Part shown: positions 38,580 to 47,901 of the stretch, piece after piece | Position numbering within the stretch: the first letter of the stretch is position 1 | How the letters are laid out: each line of letters begins with the position of its first letter | IMG/VR virus record: IMGVR_UViG_3300037507_003370 | Location: 96,001 to 160,000 of that record | From: a virus | Lineage: Duplodnaviria; Caudoviricetes | DNA length: 64,000 nucleotides | Direction: 5' to 3' (one strand) | Notes under the pieces: model-generated | Database searches by the model: none | Seen by the model: only the letters and a program-made list of their open reading frames with translations | What the model was told of the DNA's origin: nothing | Program-made: the position numbers and the translations under genes

Positions 38580-40775
38580 TTAAATTAGACAGGCGCCGCC
38601 AGCGCAACTAATTTCCTCTATTCCTACGGTATTGTCTTCAGTTTCCGAAAGTTGCGTATAATCTACCTTCTTAAAACTATTAAACAGATCGCAATAAATT
38701 TTCCAATTGTAAACGTCTTTCATGCAATATGTTAGTCTTCTAACATCGCTATCAAAATACTTACCCGCAAAATTTTTCATTTTTGTTACAAATTTTAGCT
38801 TCGACTCATGATGATCTTTATGTGCTTGATTTAAAGTAACATAGTCACAAGCTGCCCAAAGGTTATTGTCAAAAGCATTTAATCCTAATTCAATTAATCC
38901 AGAACACCATAATGCAGCGTCACCGTATTCTTTAACTATTTCACGACTAGTATAAACTGTTGTGAATGGAGCCTGAGTATAGTCTTTATCTCCACTTTGT
39001 GGAATTAAACTGATACCAGCAAAATACTTACGATTATCATAAATATATTTTGTAACATCGTCCCATTCATCTGGCTTAACAGTGACAGTATTACTAACAT
39101 TATGGCTTAAATATTCTTGTGTGCATAATGATCTATTCTTGCCGCTTTGAACCCAGTTCTTTTGGGTGTCTTTAACAATAGATAACATTTCAACGGCTGG
39201 CAATTGATTCTTTAATTTAGCACCGTCTGGCACTTCTATTGGGAACTTAATTACCTCATCCGTATTGTTTGCTGACCAGCTGGATTTTTCACAGGCTTGC
39301 GGGTTTAGTTTTTTGAAGTGTTGGTATGGAGCTTCTAAAACATTGGCCTGTACGTGTCTTATATATCTTTTAGCATGATGTGGGTGGATGCCAGAGCTTG
39401 TTCCAAGCATACTAGAACTTGTTCCTTCTGGCTTTAAGCACGTTACTCTTGCTGCTTGATTAATTTTGATCTTTTTGGAAAGATCTTTATTTGTTTCAAC
39501 TGCAATTTTAGCCCCAGCACGAAGAACCTTTTCTGAAAGAATAAGATCATGCTTTTCCATTGTTCCAGTTAATGAAACTCCGAGTAGAGCTTCTCTTTCA
39601 AAGATTCTGCAAGTGATCTCTCCAAGATAATCTAGTTTAGTAAAACCGGCTTGTAATGTTCCTATAATAGCCGCGGCCTTGCACCTTTCATAAAAATCAT
39701 TTTCATCTTCTATAGATGAACAATTTATTGTTGTTAGATTGCATCCTTGCCAGCCACTCTTGCCGCTTTCTTCATCAACTGGCCACATTCCAACTTCAAC
39801 GCAAGGATTAAAAGTCATCTCTGTAGAATCACTCCAAATAAATCCAGGCTCACCAAATTCTTTTACACTCTCCATCAATTCTTGAAACTCCTCAAAGGTT
39901 GTTTCATCTTTTAAAAGCAAAGCAGAGTTGTTGCTTCTTGCTCTTTGAGGATTCTCTATATACCAATTACCAGTTTTTGCTTTTGCCATTTCCTCATCGT
40001 CAGGACTAAACAAAGCAAGACTAGCAGAGCGTCTAACTCCGCCACTTAAAACAGCATCACTACTGTGCATAACAATATCATAAGCATCAACTGGTCGTAG
40101 TTTCTTTTGACCATTAGCAACACAACGATCTAGTAGAGTTCTAATTTTCTCTAGTCCATTTTGTAGTGGTTCGAATCCAGGGGCTTTTCCTACGCCACTA
40201 GCTAATGATGATCCCTTTGGTCTAATATTTGAATAATCAAACACAACGTAAGTATTTTTGTATATTTTAAATTCTTCAATTGGCTTACTAAAGTATGAGC
40301 TAAGAAGAACGCCTAGAGCATCTGCCCAACCTTCAATACTATCTTCAATTACGTATTTTGTTCCTTCGTTATTATCAGGAATATCGTGCTCTAAAGAAGG
40401 GAGTTTAGCAACATGGTGCTTTTGCACACTGAATCCAGTGCCACTTCCACAAAGCAATAGCCAAAAACATTCCTGGAAAAATCTTAAACGATCACAATAT
40501 GAACTTGTGCAGTTGTAGATCTTTGCGTGTCTTTTCATGATCGGCTCACCACCGAACTGTAATGCTCTCTGACTGCCTAGAACTCTCTTTTTATACATCA
40601 TATCATATGCAAAGTCTATATCCTCAGAGATGCCAAATTCAGCATATTTACTATGCATCATATGCCTTACTCTTTCCACTGCCTCTTTCCATGTTTCTCT
40701 ACGATTTTTATCTTCTAGCCAACGAGCGTATTTACTAACAAAAGTATAATTTTGCAATTCTTGAAGAGCGGACAT
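38580..40775 (-). CDS. nrdJ: Class II (adenosylcobalamin-dependent) ribonucleotide reductase, monomeric type
   Basis: FNPCVE, GCNLTTIN, VTCLKPEGTSS, C-terminal SCAGGAC; no radical-subunit gene adjacent. Confidence 0.88.
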   Translation of the reverse strand: MSALQELQNYTFVSKYARWLEDKNRRETWKEAVERVRHMMHSKYAEFGISEDIDFAYDMMYKKRVLGSQRALQFGGEPIMKRHAKIYNCTSSYCDRLRFFQECFWLLLCGSGTGFSVQKHHVAKLPSLEHDIPDNNEGTKYVIEDSIEGWADALGVLLSSYFSKPIEEFKIYKNTYVVFDYSNIRPKGSSLASGVGKAPGFEPLQNGLEKIRTLLDRCVANGQKKLRPVDAYDIVMHSSDAVLSGGVRRSASLALFSPDDEEMAKAKTGNWYIENPQRARSNNSALLLKDETTFEEFQELMESVKEFGEPGFIWSDSTEMTFNPCVEVGMWPVDEESGKSGWQGCNLTTINCSSIEDENDFYERCKAAAIIGTLQAGFTKLDYLGEITCRIFEREALLGVSLTGTMEKHDLILSEKVLRAGAKIAVETNKDLSKKIKINQAARVTCLKPEGTSSSMLGTSSGIHPHHAKRYIRHVQANVLEAPYQHFKKLNPQACEKSSWSANNTDEVIKFPIEVPDGAKLKNQLPAVEMLSIVKDTQKNWVQSGKNRSLCTQEYLSHNVSNTVTVKPDEWDDVTKYIYDNRKYFAGISLIPQSGDKDYTQAPFTTVYTSREIVKEYGDAALWCSGLIELGLNAFDNNLWAACDYVTLNQAHKDHHESKLKFVTKMKNFAGKYFDSDVRRLTYCMKDVYNWKIYCDLFNSFKKVDYTQLSETEDNTVGIEEISCAGGACLI

Positions 40776-40784
40776 ATTATCTCC

Positions 40785-40880
40785 TTAAAAAACCATGCTG
40801 TAATCAGCAAATATGAAAAATTTGGACCAGAGAGTGGCCGTAGAAATCGATGAATTTGATATCCAAGTTGGTGTATTCAT
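40785..40880 (-). CDS. Possible 31-aa leader peptide upstream of nrdJ
   Basis: MNTPTWISNSSISTATLWSKFFIFADYSMVF; its TAA overlaps the nrdJ SD (TAAGGAG). Confidence 0.35.
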   Translation of the reverse strand: MNTPTWISNSSISTATLWSKFFIFADYSMVF

Positions 40881-40921
40881 GTATCATAATTCATAAACTC
40901 AATTATTTTTTATCTTATGCA

Positions 40922-41389
40922 TTATAATACACCACAAAGATTTTTGAGCCAAGAAAGATCTGGCGTTACTTTATGAATTTTCATTTTGCTCATTTTAATA
41001 AACAAATCAAATCTTTTTTGAGCATCATCATCAAATAATACTGTTCCGTGGTTGTCTATCATGTAAACTTCGCCAATACCTTCTTGCCAAAGGGCCATGA
41101 TACAATCATTGCAACATTGCCCAGTAACATAAGCTATTCCATTGTCTGGTCTAACTATACAATTAGATAATGCGTTTCTTTCACTATGAACCATCCAGTG
41201 ATATTTTTCTGGTCTAGTTTTTGGTAAAATTGTGTCATCTACATTTTTTGGAAAACCATTGTATCCAACACCCAAAATTCTGTGATTCTGGTCTGTGATC
41301 ACACATCCGTGTTGAGTGTGTAAATCATGGCTTCGTTGCGAAACAACTTTAGCCAGCCCTAAAAAGTAATCAGTCCACATTGGTCTCAT
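40922..41389 (-). CDS. dCMP deaminase
   Basis: HGCVI...GYNG, VHSERNAL, CCNDC Zn-binding motifs. Confidence 0.9.
   Translation of the reverse strand: MRPMWTDYFLGLAKVVSQRSHDLHTQHGCVITDQNHRILGVGYNGFPKNVDDTILPKTRPEKYHWMVHSERNALSNCIVRPDNGIAYVTGQCCNDCIMALWQEGIGEVYMIDNHGTVLFDDDAQKRFDLFIKMSKMKIHKVTPDLSWLKNLCGVL
40926..40933 (-). promoter_or_regulatory. GG(T/G)GTATT motif, candidate phage-sigma promoter
   Basis: GGTGTATTATAAT; related copies at 47285, 48885 and 50716, all upstream of gene starts. Confidence 0.45.
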
Positions 41390-41395
41390 GAATGT

Positions 41396-41423
41396 ATGAT
41401 ATCAGAGAAAGTCATTGAGTCAA
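41396..41423 (-). promoter_or_regulatory. Sigma70-type promoter, probably leaderless transcript of dCMP deaminase
   Basis: TTGACT-N16-TATCAT with TG extension; ATG 6 nt downstream of the -10; no SD. Confidence 0.7.
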
Positions 41424-41430
41424 CAGGAAG

Positions 41431-43602
41431 TTATACCTCTATCATTATTCCATTGTTATCTCTGACGATCACACCAAATAATCTTTCAATAGCATGAACA
41501 AATGTTCCGTCATCTGCTATTGGCTCTTCTTCATAAGGAAAAGAATCAATGATTTTAGTATCAAATATTTTATTTATTATCTTAGGATCGTACCAAAACA
41601 TTGTACCGGCACCAAAATAATAATTCGTTAAGTCTATATCTTTCGAATATAGTGACTTAATACAAGATTCATTTGAGCCTATCTTTTCTTGTAAATTGTA
41701 TTTTAAATATTTTGGGATGATCATAGAGTTACCATCTCTAATAAGTTTAATATTATTTTCAATAGTTTTCCTGTCTTTTATCAATGAATATATGCTTTTA
41801 TTTCTTACATAATTTCCATATTCTTTATCATAATTTGTTTTTTTTGTATGTAACTTGCATACAGCGTCGTATTTTTTAAAATCAAACTGCTTATTTAATA
41901 AAATCCATGGTAATATATCTCTGCCAATATTATCTACATGTAAAAAGTATGCATGTAAATTACATCGTAAAATTGAAGAATAAATATAATCTGGAATATT
42001 TCTTGGTAATGTAATATATAAATCAAATTTTTCTTTTGTATGATGTATTTTATTCAAAAGTTCTGGAATTAAATCTTCATAGAAACCATGTATTATATAT
42101 GCTATTTTTGGAGACGGATCTTTGTGTGGCGTTGCATTATAAATTATATCTGATTCTTTAATTACATTCATTGATCTGATAATGGATACAGCAGTATTGC
42201 AATTTGCTTTTTGAAAACCATATTTTAAATCTGGTTCTAGATATGCCCCCTCGCCCCATTCATTCCAAGCGTTAATAAAAAGGAGTTTATGTTCGGTATA
42301 TTTTGATTGTTTGTATGCTTTAAATAGCCAATCGCTGTATGCTTCTGGAGTGTCGTTAATAAATACTGATGCCATTGTTTTACGTCTTGGCGAATTATCC
42401 CAAGATGGCATAACGCATGGATATAATTTTGGTTTAATGTATTTAGTATATTTTTTTTGGGTTTCTATATAATCATATAGATCTACATTTTCTATAAAAT
42501 CATTTAAATACGTATCTTTATTTTTGGCAATATCTTTGGATACATTTGGTATAGATTCTCCGGTCGGGCAAAAATTTATCTGACCATCAAATTCTGGTAA
42601 ATTTGCATTTCCATTTACATACATTAAGCAAATACCATCAAATTTATTAGTAATTGCTATATTATTCCATACATTTATTCTATCAGATAGATTTGGAATA
42701 TCATTTGGTTTATATATTATTAAAAGTGGCCTATTATTTATTTTAATATATCTATGATCATGCATATATTTGAGCATATCAAATAAAAAGCTATCATATG
42801 ATTCTTCGTATTCTTGTTTAATTAGTAAATCTTTGTCTAATCCATCCCAGGTTTTAGTCCAGTTTTCATTAGCCCAGCATAAACAAAATTTAAAATTTAT
42901 ATTTTTGTTATTCACAAAATTTTCTATTGGTTCTTCCATTAGTGTCTTATTGCCAAATCTATAGTAATAAAAACAAAAAGCATCTATTCCAATACTTTTT
43001 GCTAGTTCGGCTTGTTTGATTATGATTTCTGGATTATTTTTTAGATCATAAAACCCAAAATCTCTTGGCAATTTTGGTTGATAATGCCCATCAAATAAAG
43101 GATATGCTTTTGTTGTGTTAGTCCATTCGGTAAATCCCTGACCCCAAAATTCATTGTTCTCTTTTATTTCGTGAAACTGAGGAAGATAGAACGCAATAGT
43201 TGTAACATCTGTTAACTTTTGATAATCAATATTTTTTGATATATTATTTTCAGCAAAATTATTAGATACATTTTTTACGTGATTTTTTATATAAGAACCA
43301 GTATCTTTATATAAATAATGAATTCTATTTTCTTTGTGTCCAGTTCTTATAAAATGATTTGTTGCTGATTTTTTATCATTGATATTCTCTATCAATAAGT
43401 CTATATTATATTTTAAATAAGTTTTCCAATCAAATTTATATTTATGAAATATAGAAAAAATATCTTTGATTTTAATATCTATGAGAAAAGATGGGTCGTG
43501 ATTTAATATTTCTATATAATACTCATAAGCAGATAAATAATCTTCTATAGATATAGAATGATTAAATTTTTTTATATAGTCTTGATACTGAGAGTGATCC
43601 AT
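41431..43602 (-). CDS. Fusion of a WbsX/GH99-like domain and a rhamnan synthesis protein F (RgpF)-like domain
   Basis: AFYLPQFHEIKENNEFWGQGFTEWTN, WANENW, FINAWNEWGEGAYLEPD; NIGRDILP, CKLHTKK, HAIERLFG. Confidence 0.85.
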   Translation of the reverse strand: MDHSQYQDYIKKFNHSISIEDYLSAYEYYIEILNHDPSFLIDIKIKDIFSIFHKYKFDWKTYLKYNIDLLIENINDKKSATNHFIRTGHKENRIHYLYKDTGSYIKNHVKNVSNNFAENNISKNIDYQKLTDVTTIAFYLPQFHEIKENNEFWGQGFTEWTNTTKAYPLFDGHYQPKLPRDFGFYDLKNNPEIIIKQAELAKSIGIDAFCFYYYRFGNKTLMEEPIENFVNNKNINFKFCLCWANENWTKTWDGLDKDLLIKQEYEESYDSFLFDMLKYMHDHRYIKINNRPLLIIYKPNDIPNLSDRINVWNNIAITNKFDGICLMYVNGNANLPEFDGQINFCPTGESIPNVSKDIAKNKDTYLNDFIENVDLYDYIETQKKYTKYIKPKLYPCVMPSWDNSPRRKTMASVFINDTPEAYSDWLFKAYKQSKYTEHKLLFINAWNEWGEGAYLEPDLKYGFQKANCNTAVSIIRSMNVIKESDIIYNATPHKDPSPKIAYIIHGFYEDLIPELLNKIHHTKEKFDLYITLPRNIPDYIYSSILRCNLHAYFLHVDNIGRDILPWILLNKQFDFKKYDAVCKLHTKKTNYDKEYGNYVRNKSIYSLIKDRKTIENNIKLIRDGNSMIIPKYLKYNLQEKIGSNESCIKSLYSKDIDLTNYYFGAGTMFWYDPKIINKIFDTKIIDSFPYEEEPIADDGTFVHAIERLFGVIVRDNNGIMIEV

Positions 43603-43606
43603 GTAA

Positions 43607-43855
43607 TCATTTTGACGATAATTTATTATATAGCACAATAGCTATACATGCTCCTAAAACACCCATAAACAATCCAGAAGGCTGCAAATCAGTTGATTTA
43701 CCAAGAACATAAACAACAGCCCCTCCCATATATGAACCGGCTATGCCAAGAGCAACGGTCTTTAAGAAGCCAAAATTTTCTTCTCCAGGAATTATAGTTT
43801 TTGCAATAGATCCCACGAATATTCCATATACAGCCCATATTAATAAACTAAACAT
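43607..43855 (-). CDS. GlsB/YeaQ/YmgE (transglycosylase-associated) membrane protein
   Basis: Three Gly-rich TM segments: GIFVGSIAKTIIPG, ALGIAGSYMGG. Confidence 0.85.
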   Translation of the reverse strand: MFSLLIWAVYGIFVGSIAKTIIPGEENFGFLKTVALGIAGSYMGGAVVYVLGKSTDLQPSGLFMGVLGACIAIVLYNKLSSK

Positions 43856-44246
43856 TTGCAGCCTCCATTAAGGTTGTAACTTCATCATCCGTGACAGATT
43901 CTCCTATATCTAGTATGGTCTCTGTAAGCTTAATGCCATATTTATTATAATCTTCTGACGATAATTCTTTACGAATTATTCTTTTAATTCTTAGTCTTGT
44001 AAACCAGCCCCTCTTGAAAGAAAGATCTTTAATTGTTTCAACATAGGTATTAGTTTTATCCTGAGAGGTCATGTTTTTTGTTTTATTTTTATTACATTCT
44101 TGTAGAACTCTGGTGACTGTCAATATGATACTAATTATCATGAGTATCGCTATAATACTACCAAATTTTTGATTAGGATCTATATTAACTTGGTTTAAAA
44201 TTTTTTCAGCTATTTTATTTAGTTTTTCATTATTCTGTTGTGACAT
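43848..44246 (-). CDS. Membrane-anchored hypothetical protein
   Basis: Hydrophobic stretch FGSIIAILMIISIILTV. Confidence 0.7.
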   Translation of the reverse strand: MSQQNNEKLNKIAEKILNQVNIDPNQKFGSIIAILMIISIILTVTRVLQECNKNKTKNMTSQDKTNTYVETIKDLSFKRGWFTRLRIKRIIRKELSSEDYNKYGIKLTETILDIGESVTDDEVTTLMEAANV

Positions 44247-44252
44247 TATTTA

Positions 44253-44594
44253 TTATCTCCTTAAAATTGACTTTGGTTCACACGAACCATCAACGCAATT
44301 ATTTAAAGTTTTATTGTTACTTGTTGATTGCGCTCCGTCGCTTTTTTTATCTGGAATACAATATCCACAATCTACTTTTTTAATTCCATCTCCGCTGATA
44401 TACCATCCTTGACCTTTACAAACAGGACATTCTTTACGAGGGTATTTCTTACTACTATCAGAATTTTTTACTTTTATAACACTAGCAGCTAATGTAACAG
44501 CGGCTGTTGATCTTGTGCGAGAAAATGGCACGGTGTCATTGGCTGTATTTAATAAAAATAAAGAAGATACCATTAATAATATAATTGTTTTCAT
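44253..44594 (-). CDS. Exported protein with a DnaJ-type Zn-finger motif
   Basis: Signal-like MKTIILLMVSSLFLL; CPVCKGQG...CGYC; CVDGSC. Confidence 0.7.
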   Translation of the reverse strand: MKTIILLMVSSLFLLNTANDTVPFSRTRSTAAVTLAASVIKVKNSDSSKKYPRKECPVCKGQGWYISGDGIKKVDCGYCIPDKKSDGAQSTSNNKTLNNCVDGSCEPKSILRR

Positions 44595-44596
44595 AT

Positions 44597-44836
44597 TTAT
44601 ACATTGTGCTCTAGGGAACGGTTTTCACTGTTTATTAGAAGATTATTTTCTTTGTCAAAAATAGATACCTGACTTACTTGCTCAATTGTTTCTAGTAATT
44701 CAATTATTTGTTTTGGATATGGTTGTTGATCTAATTCTGCTGTCATGGATTCTATTAGTGATGGTTGTAAATTATCTCCGTAAATTTTGATATTATAATT
44801 TGTAAGAGATATCTCTGATACTAATGTATGACTCAT
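44597..44836 (-). CDS. Hypothetical protein (79 aa)
   Basis: Fills the gap in the operon. Confidence 0.55.
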   Translation of the reverse strand: MSHTLVSEISLTNYNIKIYGDNLQPSLIESMTAELDQQPYPKQIIELLETIEQVSQVSIFDKENNLLINSENRSLEHNV

Positions 44837-44838
44837 TA

Positions 44839-45015
44839 TTATTTACCTATAATTTTATCTTTTAGTTTATTGATATAAGGAAATCTTAATTTTGGAGGCT
44901 TGGGTACTGTGTCATCAGTTCTCTTTTCTGTACCAAAAATTTTAGCTAAAGACAAAATAAAAGAAGTAATTATGCTTATTAATCTATTAAGTGCAATTCT
45001 ATCTAATATTCTCAT
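44839..45015 (-). CDS. Small amphipathic protein (58 aa), absent from the ORF track
   Basis: MRILDRIALNRLISIITSFILSLAKIFG...KDKIIGK; GGAG SD; overlaps the peptidase stop. Confidence 0.65.
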   Translation of the reverse strand: MRILDRIALNRLISIITSFILSLAKIFGTEKRTDDTVPKPPKLRFPYINKLKDKIIGK

Positions 45016-45938
45016 AAATAAACTCCGAAACCATAATCAGGCAATTTTTGAACAGGGAATCCATCAAAATTACTAAATGCATAACTGCCATTTTGTGCTA
45101 GCATACCAGCTGCTACGTCTGACGTAATAAGAAAACTTCCATCAGGTATTTTACCCCAATTAGGATGTCCACCATCATTCCATTTGCCCCAACTGTTTTG
45201 TACTAAAAATAATGGCTCACTTCCAGTATCATCGCATGCTATCCAAGCCATACAATGGGCCCAGTTGCCACTAACACTGGCTATTCCTTTCTTGTCTCTT
45301 TTATTACTAAAACCATAATTAGAACATACTGCTATTCCATATCCATTAGCCAAGGCATCTCTGGCCTCTTCTATGCTTTTAATTAAACTTACAGTTTTTA
45401 TTTGATGATTATTTGCTTCATCAATAACTTTGTCTGGCAATCCTCTTGCTCCCCAACCAGCACCAAGATTACCATTATATTTACTAAAATCTGCAACACC
45501 TTTGTAGTTTTGGCGTAACACTATCCCGCCATTTTTACTAACAAATTCAGCGGCTCTGGCGCAACTCATTCCTTGTCCACCATGTCCACGAGCACCATAA
45601 ATAGCCTCTGTTGCTCCACGAGCTATCCAAGATTCTTTTTCTCTATGTACATCTATTTCTACTGCTCTACTAATATCACAAGCATTTCTTGTTCCATGGG
45701 AAACACAATCTCCAGTAGTTTGTCTTTCATTATATGGATTTTTATCAAATTTTAAAACACTTTTATACGGTGCTGATAATTTCCCTTTACCACTATTTTT
45801 AATCTTAAAGCTAGCGTCACCAAATAATGGATATTTACTAACCTCCATTAGATGATCGAATATATGAGGCTCCCATAAACAACCACTAAATCCTTTTCTG
45901 TAGTTATTATAAAGATCTTGTGGTGTAAATCTAGACAT
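45012..45938 (-). CDS. Papain-family (C1-like) cysteine peptidase
   Basis: QTTGDCVSHG (Gln, Cys), WAHCM (His), VQNSWG (Asn). Confidence 0.88.
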   Translation of the reverse strand: MSRFTPQDLYNNYRKGFSGCLWEPHIFDHLMEVSKYPLFGDASFKIKNSGKGKLSAPYKSVLKFDKNPYNERQTTGDCVSHGTRNACDISRAVEIDVHREKESWIARGATEAIYGARGHGGQGMSCARAAEFVSKNGGIVLRQNYKGVADFSKYNGNLGAGWGARGLPDKVIDEANNHQIKTVSLIKSIEEARDALANGYGIAVCSNYGFSNKRDKKGIASVSGNWAHCMAWIACDDTGSEPLFLVQNSWGKWNDGGHPNWGKIPDGSFLITSDVAAGMLAQNGSYAFSNFDGFPVQKLPDYGFGVYL

Positions 45939-46432
45939 TATTTTGCTCCTTCATTACATGCCCATGCAAGAGCATTGAAACCTTCAACTGCTTTTTTTCT
46001 AAGTTCTTTATCCAAAGACACATTATCTTCTCCAATTGTGCTTGTAATTACACTATTACAATTTTCAGCTAATTGTGGATATACTCCATCTATATCAAGC
46101 CCTAACATAATTCCACTCAGACTATTCGCTTGACGAATTTCTTCTGTGGTCTTAATTATTTCTTTGTCTTCTTCTAATGCTATTAGTTTTGCCAAATCAG
46201 AATAAAGAGAAGCAAGATTTTTGCCATCATTAGTTCTTGAAGAAGGACCAGCTTTCAATGACTTTATTACTAATTCACACTCATCTAATAAATACTCAGA
46301 AGGTTTTTCTAAATTAATAATTACAGAATTTGATTGCTTATTATCATTTAATAAATTACTAATATCTGGTTTGAGTAAACCAATTAAAATCAATAATCCT
46401 GCAATAATTAATAAAATATTTTTGGTATTCAT
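45938..46432 (-). CDS. N-terminally membrane-anchored protein
   Basis: ILLIIAGLLILIGLL signal-anchor. Confidence 0.7.
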   Translation of the reverse strand: MNTKNILLIIAGLLILIGLLKPDISNLLNDNKQSNSVIINLEKPSEYLLDECELVIKSLKAGPSSRTNDGKNLASLYSDLAKLIALEEDKEIIKTTEEIRQANSLSGIMLGLDIDGVYPQLAENCNSVITSTIGEDNVSLDKELRKKAVEGFNALAWACNEGAK

Positions 46433-46806
46433 ACTATTTCCTTTTCTTTATTGCAAACATTTGGAGACAAATATGGGAACATTTGATCAGCTACCTTTAT
46501 TGCTTCCGCACAACCGCTTTTTACAGCAAGGTCTCTAGTTTGCTTCCATGAAACAACTAATTTAAAAAATGTATCTTCGTTATCTTTGATTGTTGTTTTA
46601 ATTACTTCTGGAGTAACAAATAAAATAGGATCTGTTTTTACATTTTTATTTTTTAGTTTGTTAACTAAATCTAATATAGTTGTTTGTATAGGACTGAGTT
46701 TATCCTTGAATAAAACCCATAGAACTATACCTATACCAGCATATAAAGCTAAATCCATAGTTGTGACTTTACTAGCAAATTCCTCGAAACTTTCTGTGTA
46801 ATTCAT
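46429..46806 (-). CDS. Single-TM membrane protein
   Basis: LALYAGIGIVLWVLF. Confidence 0.7.
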   Translation of the reverse strand: MNYTESFEEFASKVTTMDLALYAGIGIVLWVLFKDKLSPIQTTILDLVNKLKNKNVKTDPILFVTPEVIKTTIKDNEDTFFKLVVSWKQTRDLAVKSGCAEAIKVADQMFPYLSPNVCNKEKEIV

Positions 46807-47246
46807 TTGCTTTTTCTCTTTCTTTTTGTTGTAGATTTTAGATTTTGAGATTCCATAACAACAGGCTTGGTCTGGAAAATGCCTATGTCTCTGAATGTTG
46901 CGACCATTGCGTCTATAGTTGATCCCACAAGAATCATCAAAAATGATTTGATGTATTTATGCATAGCAGGCTCTAACAGATTAGGAACAAATGGAACATC
47001 AACAACCAAGAATACTTTATCATAAAAATTAGAAATGCTATCCATAGCAATTATTTTTTTATCTGATCCTTTTAAAGTAGATCCTGTTTGTTCTATAGTT
47101 TGAATAACAATAGCTACTGCTAATTGTAAAACTTTCCATGCTTGACTTACGGCAACTCTTTTTACTTCCTTAAAGGATTCTTTGGTCTCATTAGTTAATT
47201 GATTTAAGGCTAATTGAACCATATCAATCGGGGTGGCATTAGACAT
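46803..47246 (-). CDS. Hypothetical amphipathic protein with basic tail
   Basis: 147-aa ORF with GAGG SD. Confidence 0.7.
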   Translation of the reverse strand: MSNATPIDMVQLALNQLTNETKESFKEVKRVAVSQAWKVLQLAVAIVIQTIEQTGSTLKGSDKKIIAMDSISNFYDKVFLVVDVPFVPNLLEPAMHKYIKSFLMILVGSTIDAMVATFRDIGIFQTKPVVMESQNLKSTTKRKRKSK

Positions 47247-47284
47247 ATATACCTCTTATTTTTATATGATGTTTCCTATAATAG

Positions 47285-47292
47285 AATACACC
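47285..47292 (-). promoter_or_regulatory. GG(T/G)GTATT motif, candidate phage-sigma promoter
   Basis: Intergenic GGTGTATTCTATTATAG upstream of 47246. Confidence 0.5.
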
Positions 47293-47302
47293 GCAACTTG
47301 AC

Positions 47303-47665
47303 CTATTTTTTAGGTTTGCGCTTTTTGATAGTAGAAGATATCTTTTTTTTGGTAGGTCTTGGTATCGGCTTATCTGAAATATTAGATTCTTTTTTCCTAT
47401 TATTGATTGCTACTTTAGATCTTTCTTCTTCAGTAGCAGTACTCCACCAAGTTTGTTTAATTTCTTTTCTACTATTTACATATTTCCATAATATAGCTAA
47501 TTGACCACCAATTAAAATAACACTTTCTACACCATGACTAACATCTCTAATTAGATCTTCTTTTTGACCATTTTCTCCTATTAGTCCAACTAAATATAAT
47601 CCGCTAAAAAGAAAGCTTACTAATGTGAACCAAAATTCACTAGTCTTATAACCTGGTTTTATCAT
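47303..47665 (-). CDS. Holin-like membrane protein
   Basis: KPGYKTSEFW N-terminus, two TM segments, highly basic C-terminal tail. Confidence 0.55.
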   Translation of the reverse strand: MIKPGYKTSEFWFTLVSFLFSGLYLVGLIGENGQKEDLIRDVSHGVESVILIGGQLAILWKYVNSRKEIKQTWWSTATEEERSKVAINNRKKESNISDKPIPRPTKKKISSTIKKRKPKK

Positions 47666-47679
47666 AATTATAACCTATA

Positions 47680-47889
47680 TTATGAGCCTTGAGTAGCATT
47701 GCCATGGTAGTAACTAGGATCGTCAAATCTATTTGTATATTTAGCTTGTATGGACTCTATTGTGGGCGTATTTTTAGTATAAACATTTGATACGTCTTTA
47801 GCTGTTAGTCCTGTAACTTTTGTACTAACAATTAGGGTTCCATTTTTGATATCATTACTACTGTTTGCTTTTGTAATATCGTTAGGCAT
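47680..47889 (-). CDS. Hypothetical protein (69 aa)
   Basis: GGAG SD; operon position. Confidence 0.65.
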   Translation of the reverse strand: MPNDITKANSSNDIKNGTLIVSTKVTGLTAKDVSNVYTKNTPTIESIQAKYTNRFDDPSYYHGNATQGS

Positions 47890-47901
47890 AATTTATCTCC
47901 A

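Noticed and set aside
40776-40921. Cobalamin riboswitch or NrdR box upstream of nrdJ
   Set aside because: Only a GCCACT fragment matches. The conserved GGGAA elements and a convincing NrdR palindrome are missing.
44590-44602. T4-like late promoter TATAAATA
   Set aside because: Single occurrence abutting the start codon in very AT-rich DNA
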